Assembly: GCA_045595425.1 (NCBI GenBank)
Contig: JAZOAL010000166.1
Location: forward strand, 1 to 45,520
Origin: Eubacteriales bacterium
Lineage (GTDB): Bacteria > Bacillota > Clostridia > Oscillospirales > CAG-272
Length of the DNA stretch: 45,520 bases
Direction of reading: 5' to 3'
This document shows positions 35,255 to 44,501 of the stretch, piece after piece; positions within the stretch are counted from its first letter, which is position 1, and every line of letters begins with the position of its first letter. The notes below the pieces were generated by a model. That model did not search any database. It saw only the letters and a list, made by a program, of their open reading frames with translations, and had not been told where the DNA came from. The position numbers were made by a program, and so were the translations under genes.

Positions 35255-36933
35255 GAAAGCATCTCCCCTTCATTTATCATTTCTTTTGCGGCACTGCGCT
35301 GGGTCTCGGTGACCTCGATACCGCCGAGAATTCTCGCGGTCTCCTCTATCCTTCCCTCCTCATCAAGAAGGGTAAGCGATGTAAAGGCACGACCGTTCTC
35401 CTCTGTCTTGTTTATCTTGAAATGACTGTCGGCAAGAGACGCTATCTGTGCGCTGTGAGTAACGCAGATGACCTGTATACCCTTTGCAATTGACTTCAGC
35501 TTTATACCGACCTTGCGGGAAGTTCCGCCCGAAATTCCCGTGTCAATCTCGTCAAAGATAAGCGTATCGATAGCGTCCTTATCAGCAAGAACGCTCTTCA
35601 TGCTGAGCATGATTCTTGAAAGCTCACCGCCCGAAGCGATCTTTATCATAGGCTTCAGCGGCTCGCCCGCATTGGTAGCAACGAGGAATTCAACGTCATC
35701 AAAGCCGTTTTTCCTCGGCTCAGACGGTTTTATACTTACATCAAAGCGAACCTTCGGCATATCTAGAAAAGCAAGAACGCCCATGATCCTATCGGTCAGC
35801 CCCTCAGCTGCTTTTATGCGCTTTTCGCGAAGCTTTTCAGCCCTCTCGGTCATTTCGGTCTTAACAGAAGCCAGCTTTTCCTTATATTCCGCTATTTTGT
35901 CGTCAGATTGCTCGATCATATCAAGCTTTTCGGTGGTCTCGGCGCGAAATTCAAGTATCTCTGCTATTGTCGAGCCGTATTTGCGCTTAAGCTTCGCAAT
36001 GGCATCAAGTCTGCCCTCTATCTTGTTGAGTCTCACTGTTGGATCGCCGTCAAAGCCGTCCGATGTAAAGCCTTCCACGGTAAGCGCAATATCCTCTATT
36101 TCATAGCGGTAGCTTTTCAGTCTCTCCGCCAGCTCTGCCGATTCGGGAACAACATCAGCAATCGCCGTCAGCGACTGCGCCGCTCTGTCAAGCAGATATG
36201 TAACGGATGCGCTTTTTTCACTTGAATGAAGAACTCTGTAAGCAAAAACCGTCTGCTTTTTTATCTTTTCAAGATTTCGAAGCTTGGCACATTCGGCCTC
36301 GAGAACCTCTTCCTCACCCTCCCGGAGCTTCAGCGCATCGATCTCGGAAATCTGAAAACGGTATATCTCAATAAGACGGTTCTTTTCCTTATCTCCGCTT
36401 TGGAGCTCTTCAAGTGCGCGCAGGATCTCGGTGTATTCCTCATAGCTTTCTCTATAAGCTTCAAGCTCCTCGGAATCCTCCGCAAAAGCGTCAAGAAGTC
36501 CTATATGGCTTGATTTTGCGAGAAACTGCTGACTGTCGTTCTGACCGTGAATATTTATGAGAGCCGCCGCGATCTCCCGCTGTACAGAAGCAGTTATAGT
36601 CCTGCCGCCGAGCTTGACCAACGATTTTCCGTCTGCGGTAATGCTCTTCTGAAGCATAACATTTCCGTCCTCATCGGCTGAAAGTCCAAGCTCTTCAAGC
36701 TTTGAGAGCGCAACGGGAGAAAGATCGGTAAAGATGCCCGAAACAAGTGCCCTATTCTCTCCTGTTCTTATCAGCTCGCGCTGTATCTTACCGCCAATAA
36801 GCATGTTAATGCTGTCAATAATAATAGATTTACCCGCACCCGTTTCACCCGTCAGCGCGGTAAATCCGCTTTCAAGATCAAGGTCAAGTGACTTTATAAC
36901 AGCAATATTTTCAATATGTAATGAAGATAGCAT
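35251..36933 (-). CDS. recN: DNA repair protein RecN
   Basis: LTGETGAGKSIIID (Walker A), IHGQ, ASGGELSR, LIFDEIDTGISG, QVICVTH. Confidence 0.97.
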   Translation of the reverse strand: MLSSLHIENIAVIKSLDLDLESGFTALTGETGAGKSIIIDSINMLIGGKIQRELIRTGENRALVSGIFTDLSPVALSKLEELGLSADEDGNVMLQKSITADGKSLVKLGGRTITASVQREIAAALINIHGQNDSQQFLAKSSHIGLLDAFAEDSEELEAYRESYEEYTEILRALEELQSGDKEKNRLIEIYRFQISEIDALKLREGEEEVLEAECAKLRNLEKIKKQTVFAYRVLHSSEKSASVTYLLDRAAQSLTAIADVVPESAELAERLKSYRYEIEDIALTVEGFTSDGFDGDPTVRLNKIEGRLDAIAKLKRKYGSTIAEILEFRAETTEKLDMIEQSDDKIAEYKEKLASVKTEMTERAEKLREKRIKAAEGLTDRIMGVLAFLDMPKVRFDVSIKPSEPRKNGFDDVEFLVATNAGEPLKPMIKIASGGELSRIMLSMKSVLADKDAIDTLIFDEIDTGISGGTSRKVGIKLKSIAKGIQVICVTHSAQIASLADSHFKINKTEENGRAFTSLTLLDEEGRIEETARILGGIEVTETQRSAAKEMINEGEMLS

Positions 36934-36942
36934 TTTCGCTCC

Positions 36943-37398
36943 TTACATAATACGCATCATAGTTTTTACCTGATCGCAGATATTGGACGCAATCTCCTTG
37001 GCTCTTGTAACGATAAGAATGGTATCGTCACCCGCAACGCTTCCGAGAATATCCGAATGTCTTATGGCATCGATCCCTGTTGCAACGGCGTTAGCCATAC
37101 CCGGATAGGTTCTGACAACAACGATGTTTTCGCCCACATCAATGCTGATTATTGAAACCGCAAGAGCCGCATTGAAATTCGTGCCGGGAGCATTTTCATT
37201 TGTTATCGGTCTGACATAACGGTATTTTCCTTTATTTGTCTGTGTTTTTGTCAGCTTAAGCTCCTTGATGTCGCGAGACGCGGTTGCCTGGGTAACATCA
37301 TAGCCCTCAAGACGCAGCTTTTCTATCAGTTCATCCTGCGTCTCGATTTCATAGCGAACGATAAGCTCCAGAATTTTTTCCTGTCTTGCCGATTTCAT
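36943..37398 (-). CDS. argR: Arginine repressor
   Basis: RQ.KI...I.TQDEL, VTQAT.SRDIKEL, V.T.PG.A, G.VAGDDTI; start taken at ATG 37398 (AAAGGA RBS; alternative 37410). Confidence 0.95.
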   Translation of the reverse strand: MKSARQEKILELIVRYEIETQDELIEKLRLEGYDVTQATASRDIKELKLTKTQTNKGKYRYVRPITNENAPGTNFNAALAVSIISIDVGENIVVVRTYPGMANAVATGIDAIRHSDILGSVAGDDTILIVTRAKEIASNICDQVKTMMRIM

Positions 37399-37429
37399 TT
37401 TTATATCCATCCTTTCAAACCATTTATAT

Positions 37430-38305
37430 TCATGTATTCATTTTTGAATGGAGGGTATTATAAAATCCCCTCTCTTTAAGCCTTATAAGTCTGGTTACGG
37501 AATTTGAGCGTCTTATGCGCACCGTATCTCCGCGGTAAATTTCAAAATTCACTTTTCCGTCAAGAGTCAAAAAAAGATTTTTTTCTCTCTCGCATATGTT
37601 TTTCACGCAGAGCAGCGAATCATCAGCGAAAACTATTGGTCTCGCCGCAAGAGAATGGGAGCAGATCGGAGTTACACAGATGCACTTCATTTTGGGATCG
37701 ATAACCGGTCCGCCTGCCGACATCGAATAAGCAGTTGACCCTGTGGGAGTGGAAAATATAAGCCCGTCTGCACGATATGTGGTGACAGGAATATCTCCCT
37801 CGGATAGTTCCAAATCTATCATTCTGGCGATAGAACCATTCGAGATCACTGCGTCATTTAGAGCAGAGGCTCGGTTAACAAGCTGCTTCCCTTTTCGAAA
37901 TACCGATACATCAAGCATTTCTCTTTCGTCTATCCTATAGTTGCCGGTAAAAAGCCTGTCAAGCATTTCAAGCTCATCGGCTTCCATTTCCGCCATATAT
38001 CCGAGATGTCCGAGATTGATGCCCAAGATCGGAATACCCGAAGAAAGACAGTATCTCGCCGCCGAAAGTATCGAGCCGTCACCTCCCAAAACTATTATAA
38101 CGTCCATATCCCTATAAAGAGTTGAGTTCGGAACAAATATAACCTTTCCCGAAAGTGCGGTATTTCTCTCAACCTTTTCTTTCATCAGCTCGCTTGCATA
38201 AACACCGCAGGAATATTTTTCGAGAAATGCAACAACACGCGCCGCTGCCTCTGATTTTTCCTTTATATTAAAATTCGTTACAAGTCCTATTTTGCTTATC
38301 GCCAC
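37430..38305 (-). CDS. nadK: NAD kinase
   Basis: LGGDGS, GINLG.LGY, ALND, ADGLI.STPTGSTAYS.SAGGP; GTG start at 38305 behind AAAGGAGG. Confidence 0.95.
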   Translation of the reverse strand: MAISKIGLVTNFNIKEKSEAAARVVAFLEKYSCGVYASELMKEKVERNTALSGKVIFVPNSTLYRDMDVIIVLGGDGSILSAARYCLSSGIPILGINLGHLGYMAEMEADELEMLDRLFTGNYRIDEREMLDVSVFRKGKQLVNRASALNDAVISNGSIARMIDLELSEGDIPVTTYRADGLIFSTPTGSTAYSMSAGGPVIDPKMKCICVTPICSHSLAARPIVFADDSLLCVKNICEREKNLFLTLDGKVNFEIYRGDTVRIRRSNSVTRLIRLKERGFYNTLHSKMNT

Positions 38306-38306
38306 C

Positions 38307-39104
38307 TTATATCCGCCTCCTTTCATCGTCTTTTGCAACATTTTTAATTGCGTTTATATCTATATTATATTCACCTTTACCGCGTGTAAAATATGCCAAA
38401 TATTCAATATTTCCATCGCCTCCGTCAATTGGCGAGCGCATAAGTGCCTTGCAAAAAAGTCCCTTTTCCTCGGCAAAGGAGATAACTCGCATAAGTGCCG
38501 CCTCTCTGTCCTCTTTCTTTTTCACTATGCCATTTTTACCGACTGCCGCTCTGCCTGCTTCAAACTGTGGTTTTATCAGCGACACAAGGATACCGTTAGG
38601 CATAAGGATATCGGCAATACCGCCCAGAATATATGTCTGCGAAATGAAAGAAACATCCATAACAGCCATATCAAAAAGGCAAGGGAAATCCTCGCGATTA
38701 AGATAACGCGCATTATATCCTTCAACATTTACAACATTTTCATTTTCCGCAAGCGAAGCATCAAGCTGACCGTGTCCCGAATCCACCGCGTATACCATTT
38801 TTGCACCGCGAGAAAGAAGAACATCGGTAAAACCGCCTGTCGATGCACCGACATCGATGCAAACCTTTCCGCATACATCAATTGCAAATTCCTCAAGCGC
38901 TCCTTCAAGCTTCAGCGCCCCTCGGCAAACAAAACGTTCGCTTATGACCTCAACCTCATGAGAAACCGCTTCATCGATCTGCTCGGAAGGCTTTTCAAGA
39001 GTTCTGCCGTCTATCTTTGCAAAGCCTTTTTCAATAAGAGACTTTGCGCTCTGACGGCTTTTGGCATACCCAAACCTTGCAAGATAAATATCTGCTCTGA
39101 TCAT
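38307..39104 (-). CDS. tlyA: TlyA family rRNA (cytidine-2'-O)-methyltransferase
   Basis: S4 domain, V.RG..KL, DVGASTGGFTD, DVSFIS, LIKPQFE, SPI.GGDGNIEYL. Confidence 0.95.
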   Translation of the reverse strand: MIRADIYLARFGYAKSRQSAKSLIEKGFAKIDGRTLEKPSEQIDEAVSHEVEVISERFVCRGALKLEGALEEFAIDVCGKVCIDVGASTGGFTDVLLSRGAKMVYAVDSGHGQLDASLAENENVVNVEGYNARYLNREDFPCLFDMAVMDVSFISQTYILGGIADILMPNGILVSLIKPQFEAGRAAVGKNGIVKKKEDREAALMRVISFAEEKGLFCKALMRSPIDGGDGNIEYLAYFTRGKGEYNIDINAIKNVAKDDERRRI

Positions 39105-40000
39105 GATCTTCTTATGAGCAGATAATCTGCAAGCGAAAGCAGATTTTCACTTCCTTCATATTCCTCTATAGCCGATTTTGCATCATTTGTAAGCTTGCGG
39201 GCATAATCCTTTGCATCATCTATCGTCATATGAGTGAGAAAGGTGCTTTTTGAGTTTTCGGCATCGCTTCCGATGGGCTTTCCAAGGAGAGCCTCGTCCC
39301 CTTCAACATCAAGAATATCATCGGTGATCTGAAAAGCAAGTCCGATGCCCTTCGCATATTCAAGAGCATTCCTCATGCGCTCATCACTGTCGGTTATACC
39401 TGCCGCAAGAGCTCCCAGCCTTGCTGAAACACAGATCAGTGCCCCCGTTTTAAGCCCTTGAAGCTTTTCCAGCTTGTCAAGCGAGAGAGCATGGTTCTCG
39501 CCATACATGTCCATGATCTGTCCGCCAACCATTCCCTGCTCTGCCGCTGCAAATGAAAGCGCACCGACAGCCCTGAGTGCAGTATCCGGCGAAACCTCTT
39601 TATTTGAGGCGGCAACGCCAAACGCCTTTAGTGCAAGAGCATCTCCCGCAAGCAGTGCTGTTGCTTCCCCATAGACCTTATGATTCGTTGGTTTTCCCCT
39701 GCGCATATCATCATTATCCATGCAAGGGAGGTCATCATGTATGAGCGAAAATGTGTGTATCATCTCCACAGCCGCCGCAAAAGGCAGTGCCGCACGCTCC
39801 GAGCCTCCGAAAAGGCGGCAAAAAGCAAGCACAAGATAGGGTCTTATTCTCTTTCCACCCGCATAAAGGCTGTATTTCATCGCCTCGGCAACCTCATCGA
39901 TATCTCTGTCCTTTTGTCCGAAGGTGTCATACATATATTTTTCAGTCGCTTCGGCGGCATTTTTCATATCCGCAAAAAGCTCATCAAAAATGTCATTCAT
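39101..40000 (-). CDS. ispA: Farnesyl diphosphate synthase / polyprenyl synthetase
   Basis: GGKRIRP, SLIHDDLPCMDNDD.RRG, GQ..D, KTGAL, FQITDDILD; start uncertain (40012 TTG or 40000 ATG). Confidence 0.93.
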   Translation of the reverse strand: MNDIFDELFADMKNAAEATEKYMYDTFGQKDRDIDEVAEAMKYSLYAGGKRIRPYLVLAFCRLFGGSERAALPFAAAVEMIHTFSLIHDDLPCMDNDDMRRGKPTNHKVYGEATALLAGDALALKAFGVAASNKEVSPDTALRAVGALSFAAAEQGMVGGQIMDMYGENHALSLDKLEKLQGLKTGALICVSARLGALAAGITDSDERMRNALEYAKGIGLAFQITDDILDVEGDEALLGKPIGSDAENSKSTFLTHMTIDDAKDYARKLTNDAKSAIEEYEGSENLLSLADYLLIRRS

Positions 40001-40229
40001 CTTTAGCTTCAAAATCCTTTTCGGTTATATTTCCGTCCTCGTCTTTTTGTAATATCCTTATCTTCTTTTCCGCATCGTCAAGCATCCTGCCGCAGCGGCG
40101 GACAAGCCCCACGCCTTCTTCATAAAGAGCCAGCGCAGAATCCAGATCTGCACTTCCGTTTTCAAGGGATCTGACTATCTCCTCAAGACGTCCCATAGAC
40201 GTTTCGAAATTTTCGTTTTTCTTTGTCAT
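39993..40229 (-). CDS. xseB: Exodeoxyribonuclease VII small subunit
   Basis: FE..M.RLEEIV..LE.G...LD....YEEG..L...C...L..AE.KI. Confidence 0.95.
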   Translation of the reverse strand: MTKKNENFETSMGRLEEIVRSLENGSADLDSALALYEEGVGLVRRCGRMLDDAEKKIRILQKDEDGNITEKDFEAKDE

Positions 40230-41455
40230 GATTTAACCTCTTTTTTAATTTGTGTCCCCGTGACAGACGCATATATCGAGCCGTCTGAAAGTTCACTGCG
40301 GATAATATCTCCAAGCTTAACAGCCCTGACAGATTTTAGTATTTTACCTTCCTCGTTATAGCTGACTCCATAGCCCCTCGAAAGAACAGCCAAAGGACTG
40401 AGAGCCGTAAGCGAAGCCACCTTTTCCTTATATGCCGCAGTTTTTCTTTCAAGCGTGCGATTTACAGCGCCTTCAAGCCTGTCAAGAAGCTGAACCTTCT
40501 GCATACGCTTTGTATCGAGAAAATTTTGCGGCGATTTAAGATAGGGAGACGCCTCAAGAAGAGCAAGATGCTTTTTTCTCTCTGCCACATTCGCCAGAGC
40601 CAAAAGTGCAAGTCTCTTTTTTGCATTTTCAAGCCTTGCAGAAAGCTCGGATTGCTCGGGAACGGCGAGCTCTGCCGCCGAAGAAGGCGTTGAGGCTCTG
40701 GCGTCGGCAACAAAATCACATATGGTAAAATCGCTTTCATGCCCAACAGCCGATATCACGGGAATCTCCGAAGAAAAAACCGTCCGCGCCAGTGCTTCAT
40801 TATTAAATTCCCAAAGATCCTCAATTGAGCCGCCTCCGCGTCCGATTATAATAACATCGGCACTCCCCGTCTCATTAAAATATCTTATGCCTGCCGCAAG
40901 CTGTGCCGCCGCACCCGTTCCCTGCACAAGCGAGGGATATAGCAGGATCTCGGCAAGTGGAAAGCGTCTGCCTATTATTCTTGTCATATCTCTGATCGCC
41001 GCACCCGTGGGTGAGGTGATGATGCCGACTTTTTTCGGAAATTTCGGAAGCGGCTTTTTATACCGCTTATCAAAAAGCCCTTCTTCTTCAAGCTTACGCT
41101 TAAGCTGTTCATATGCGTAATAAAGCGAACCTATTCCGTCAGGCTGAATATTATCAACTATTATTTGGTAACGTCCCGTTGCCTCATAAAGAGATATTCT
41201 GCCATGTGCTATGACCTTCAGTCCGTCTTTGGGTTCAAAGGGAAGATTGGCCGCATAGGAACGCCACATAACGCCTGCTATCGCGGCATTTTCGTCCTTC
41301 AGCGAAAAATACAGATGTCCCGAGGAATATCTTTTAAAATTTGATATCTCTCCCTTGACAAATATATCGCCCAGCAATTCATTTCCTTCAAGAATCGCCT
41401 TTGTGACCTCATTTAGCTGTGACACCGTCACTATCACTTTTTTATAAGGGTCCAT
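40226..41455 (-). CDS. xseA: Exodeoxyribonuclease VII large subunit
   Basis: V.GEISN, SGHLYFSLKD, IITSPTGAAIRD, GRGGGSIEDLW.FN, SAVGHE.D, L.RGY; start at ATG 41455 (GGAG RBS). Confidence 0.96.
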   Translation of the reverse strand: MDPYKKVIVTVSQLNEVTKAILEGNELLGDIFVKGEISNFKRYSSGHLYFSLKDENAAIAGVMWRSYAANLPFEPKDGLKVIAHGRISLYEATGRYQIIVDNIQPDGIGSLYYAYEQLKRKLEEEGLFDKRYKKPLPKFPKKVGIITSPTGAAIRDMTRIIGRRFPLAEILLYPSLVQGTGAAAQLAAGIRYFNETGSADVIIIGRGGGSIEDLWEFNNEALARTVFSSEIPVISAVGHESDFTICDFVADARASTPSSAAELAVPEQSELSARLENAKKRLALLALANVAERKKHLALLEASPYLKSPQNFLDTKRMQKVQLLDRLEGAVNRTLERKTAAYKEKVASLTALSPLAVLSRGYGVSYNEEGKILKSVRAVKLGDIIRSELSDGSIYASVTGTQIKKEVKS

Positions 41456-42422
41456 TACTAACTCCGTTTTCGGATAGATATTTTTTCCTGCATAGCAGGG
41501 CAGTTCCCGCCGCGTTATCGGAGGAAAACTCAGGCATGGCAAAGAATGTATTTTTTCGCGTTGCCAGCATATTCTTTATTATAGAGTTGCTCATAACACC
41601 GCCTGCATAGACCACGGGAATATCACCGTATTCTTCTGTCAGATTTTCTGTGAGCCTATAAAGAGTTCTGCCAACAGAATCGAAGATCGCCGCACAGGTC
41701 AGTTCTCTGTTAAGCGTATCCGAATAAAGCTTTACGGCTTGACTCTCCAGCCCCGAAATATTACATTCAAGTCCTTTCACTGAAATTTTCAGCTTTGGAA
41801 CTCTTTCAGTATTTTTCAGCGCATAGCTCTCCATTTCCCTGCCGCAGGGAAAATGAAGCCCCATTGCAACTCCGAGGCGGTCTATTGCCTGACCGCCGTT
41901 AAGATCGGCGGTGCCTCCTATCAGCTCCACATCAATGGAGGAATCACACGGCTTTATAAGCAGAATTTCAGTTGTTCCTCCCGAGACATGAAAAGCGGCA
42001 AAAACCTTTTCAGAAAGCAAATGGATCGCACCGGCAGAATAAAGAGCCGCCATTATATGACCGTTTTGATGCGAAAAGCCGTAAAGAGGCGCACCGCTTG
42101 CCGTGGCAAACGCATGAGCCGCGTTTTTACCGACCAGAAAGCAAGGCATATATGAGCCTTCGGCATCTCTTGGGGTGAAAGAACAGCCGACAGCCATGAT
42201 CCTGCTTCCGCACAGAAGCTCGCCGAGAGAGTCAATTATATCCGGCAGATTCTTTACATGCGCAAAGACAGCATCGCTTTGGCGGAGACCTCTTGCTCCG
42301 TCCTCAACAGGTAAAAGCTTCCTTATATTTGCGATTATATTCCCTTCCATATCGGCAATGGCCGCCGAGGTCGTATAATTGCTCGTATCAAATCCGACAA
42401 AGCAAGGGGATTTGGGGCTCAT
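41442..42422 (-). CDS. TsaD/Kae1-like (peptidase M22 family) paralog
   Basis: GFDTSNYTTS, GLRQSDAVF.H, SYMPCF, SHQNGH, HVSGGTTE, GQ.IDR.GV, GGV.SN, SDNA.G.A. Confidence 0.85.
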   Translation of the reverse strand: MSPKSPCFVGFDTSNYTTSAAIADMEGNIIANIRKLLPVEDGARGLRQSDAVFAHVKNLPDIIDSLGELLCGSRIMAVGCSFTPRDAEGSYMPCFLVGKNAAHAFATASGAPLYGFSHQNGHIMAALYSAGAIHLLSEKVFAAFHVSGGTTEILLIKPCDSSIDVELIGGTADLNGGQAIDRLGVAMGLHFPCGREMESYALKNTERVPKLKISVKGLECNISGLESQAVKLYSDTLNRELTCAAIFDSVGRTLYRLTENLTEEYGDIPVVYAGGVMSNSIIKNMLATRKNTFFAMPEFSSDNAAGTALLCRKKYLSENGVSNGPL

Positions 42423-42838
42423 TTCTTTTCACCGACTTCATCCTTAACGGAATTAAGGATTCCGTTTACAAAAGCTCTTGCCTTTTCATCGTCATATTTT
42501 TTCGTCAGCTCGATAGCCTCATTGATGGTAACGCGGGAAGGAATATCCTCCGCAAAAGCCAGCTCATAAACACCGAGTCGGAGGACCGCTCTTGAAACGC
42601 GGCTCATTCTCTCGGTCTTCCAACCTACCGAATGCTTTGCTATGAGAGCGTCGATCTCCTGGAGCTTATCGCAAACTCCGAAATATACCTCTTTAATAAA
42701 TCTGTCCTTTGGGATCTCACGCTCCTGCGCAGAGGTTTCAAAAATGACCTCCTTATTTTCTTCAGCGCGAAATTCCGTTTCGTATATAAGCCCCAAAATA
42801 TGTTCACGGGCTTCTCTTCTTGATATTTTTACTGCCAT
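42419..42838 (-). CDS. nusB: Transcription antitermination factor NusB
   Basis: SRREARE, W..ER...V.RAVLRL...E, V.INEAIEL.K.Y, FVNGIL; start at ATG 42838 (AAAGGA RBS). Confidence 0.95.
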   Translation of the reverse strand: MAVKISRREAREHILGLIYETEFRAEENKEVIFETSAQEREIPKDRFIKEVYFGVCDKLQEIDALIAKHSVGWKTERMSRVSRAVLRLGVYELAFAEDIPSRVTINEAIELTKKYDDEKARAFVNGILNSVKDEVGEKK

Positions 42839-42875
42839 GAATAAACTTGTCCTTTCAAAAAGCACTATTTATATT

Positions 42876-42904
42876 ATTTTATTACATTTCTAAATAATTG
42901 TCAA
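42876..42904 (-). promoter_or_regulatory. sigma-A promoter of the nusB operon
   Basis: Minus strand TTGACA-N17-TAAAAT. Confidence 0.65.
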
Positions 42905-42974
42905 TCGGAAAATGAATATTTTTTGCGAATATTCATTATTTTTCGCATATTTTTTAATTTAGGGGCTTTAAAAC

Positions 42975-43976
42975 ATGAAAAAAATTATGATTTTTCTCTC
43001 CGCTCTCCTTCTTGTAAGCGCGGCTCTGATCACCGGAGAGGTGATAAAAGACAATTTAAAAAACGAAGTCATTCCCGCATCCGGAGACCTTATCAAATGG
43101 GTCGACTTTTCTGTTCCGAAATCAGCGCTTGACGATGCCCTCTCCCTTGACATAGCAACCTACGGCACGGATAATCACATTTCAATGCGAGACTCCCTTG
43201 CCTACATTTCCGCAAAGAACTATGGTGAACTCGGAAAATATAAAAAAGGAACACTTACTTCTTTAGCAAAAGAAGCCGTCTCCCTCAGAGAAGAGCTCGA
43301 TAACCCTAAGCTCTATGACTATTATATTGAGGCTTACGGCGCGGCGATCGGCGGACTTGTCGGTAAATACACAAAGGTCACATATAACGATGACGGGAGC
43401 ATCAGCGAAAGCGAAGAATACGGTCTGCGCGCATTTTCTCCAATAGGGGCAGGCTACTACTATCGCGATTATGACGATTTCGGCACATCGCGTTCCTATG
43501 GTTATAAGCGTTCACATCTTGGGCATGATATGCTCGGAAGCGTCGGCACTCCGATAATTGCTGTTGAAAGCGGCATAGTTGAGGCTGTGGGCTGGAATCA
43601 ATACGGCGGATGGCGCATCGGCATACGCTCCTTTGACGGTCTCAGATACTATTATTACGCTCATCTGCAGAGGGATCATCCCTATTGCGATATCTATGAG
43701 GGAAAGATAGTAAACGCAGGCGAGGTCATAGGTTATCTTGGTATGACTGGATACAGCGCAAAGGAAAACACCAATAATATCGATATCCCTCATCTGCATT
43801 TCGGTCTCGAACTGATATTTGATAAAGAACAGAAGGATGGCTATAATCAGATCTGGATAGATGTTTACGCACTTTCACAGTTTCTTTACAAAAACAGAAG
43901 CGAGGTTGTTTATGATAAGGAAGCAGGCGAATATTTCGCAAAAACAGTTTATATTTACGAGGAAACGCCCGATTAA
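42975..43976 (+). CDS. Secreted M23 family metallopeptidase
   Basis: Signal peptide; HLGHD (HxxxD), GTPIIAVESG, YYYAHL, GEVIGY.G.TG, PHLHFG (HxH). Confidence 0.92.
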   Translation: MKKIMIFLSALLLVSAALITGEVIKDNLKNEVIPASGDLIKWVDFSVPKSALDDALSLDIATYGTDNHISMRDSLAYISAKNYGELGKYKKGTLTSLAKEAVSLREELDNPKLYDYYIEAYGAAIGGLVGKYTKVTYNDDGSISESEEYGLRAFSPIGAGYYYRDYDDFGTSRSYGYKRSHLGHDMLGSVGTPIIAVESGIVEAVGWNQYGGWRIGIRSFDGLRYYYYAHLQRDHPYCDIYEGKIVNAGEVIGYLGMTGYSAKENTNNIDIPHLHFGLELIFDKEQKDGYNQIWIDVYALSQFLYKNRSEVVYDKEAGEYFAKTVYIYEETPD

Positions 43977-44010
43977 GTAATGAACAAATTGAAAAATGTT
44001 TGAAATGTGG

Positions 44011-44039
44011 TTGAAAAATGTCGGATTTTGTGTTATGAT
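44011..44039 (+). promoter_or_regulatory. sigma-A promoter
   Basis: TTGAAA-N17-TATGAT with TGn. Confidence 0.55.
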
Positions 44040-44073
44040 TATTATGTGTGTAAATCGATTGGAGTGATAAATT

Positions 44074-44490
44074 ATGAAAAAAACGCTTTCCAAAATAATA
44101 ATTGCCACCTGCGTGATCTTTTCGATCATTATTCTTGTGATATGCTCCGGCATCGCCGTCATCGGCGTTGAAGAAGGTTTCGGACTCGATCATACCATTG
44201 TTTTTGCGCTGTTCATCCTCAGCTTTGTTGTTTCCTGCACCAACACCATATATTCCCATACAAACCTTCACAGTGCTCTGAAATATGTTATCCACCTTGT
44301 TGTTACTCTGTTTGCCGCCGCGGTATTTATGAGAGTCGTCAACGGGCTTGAAGGCAGTACCATCCTAATAGCAGAAGTCATTATTGCGATTCTTCATGCC
44401 GCCATTTTCGCCATAATCTCCGCGATCAAAAAATCCGGTAAGAAGGGCGAAAAATATCAGAGCGTGTATAACAAATCGAATGATAATTAA
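44074..44490 (+). CDS. Hypothetical four-TM membrane protein (possibly DUF3021-like)
   Basis: Four hydrophobic segments, K...IH motif, GGAG RBS. Confidence 0.7.
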   Translation: MKKTLSKIIIATCVIFSIIILVICSGIAVIGVEEGFGLDHTIVFALFILSFVVSCTNTIYSHTNLHSALKYVIHLVVTLFAAAVFMRVVNGLEGSTILIAEVIIAILHAAIFAIISAIKKSGKKGEKYQSVYNKSNDN

Positions 44491-44501
44491 GGAAATATAA
44501 A

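Noticed and set aside
38292-39125. Long antisense ORFs (e.g. 38292-39125, 34085-34753, 35468-36106, 7344-7937)
   Set aside because: They lie opposite well-conserved genes and show no motifs or RBS; these are shadow ORFs.
22610-40790. Arginine-codon (CGG/CGA) reassignment as reported in some Clostridia
   Set aside because: In the few positions checked, CGG (cdaA FQ-R-E, xseA LA-R-T) and CGA (nusB VL-R-L) fall at conserved Arg positions.
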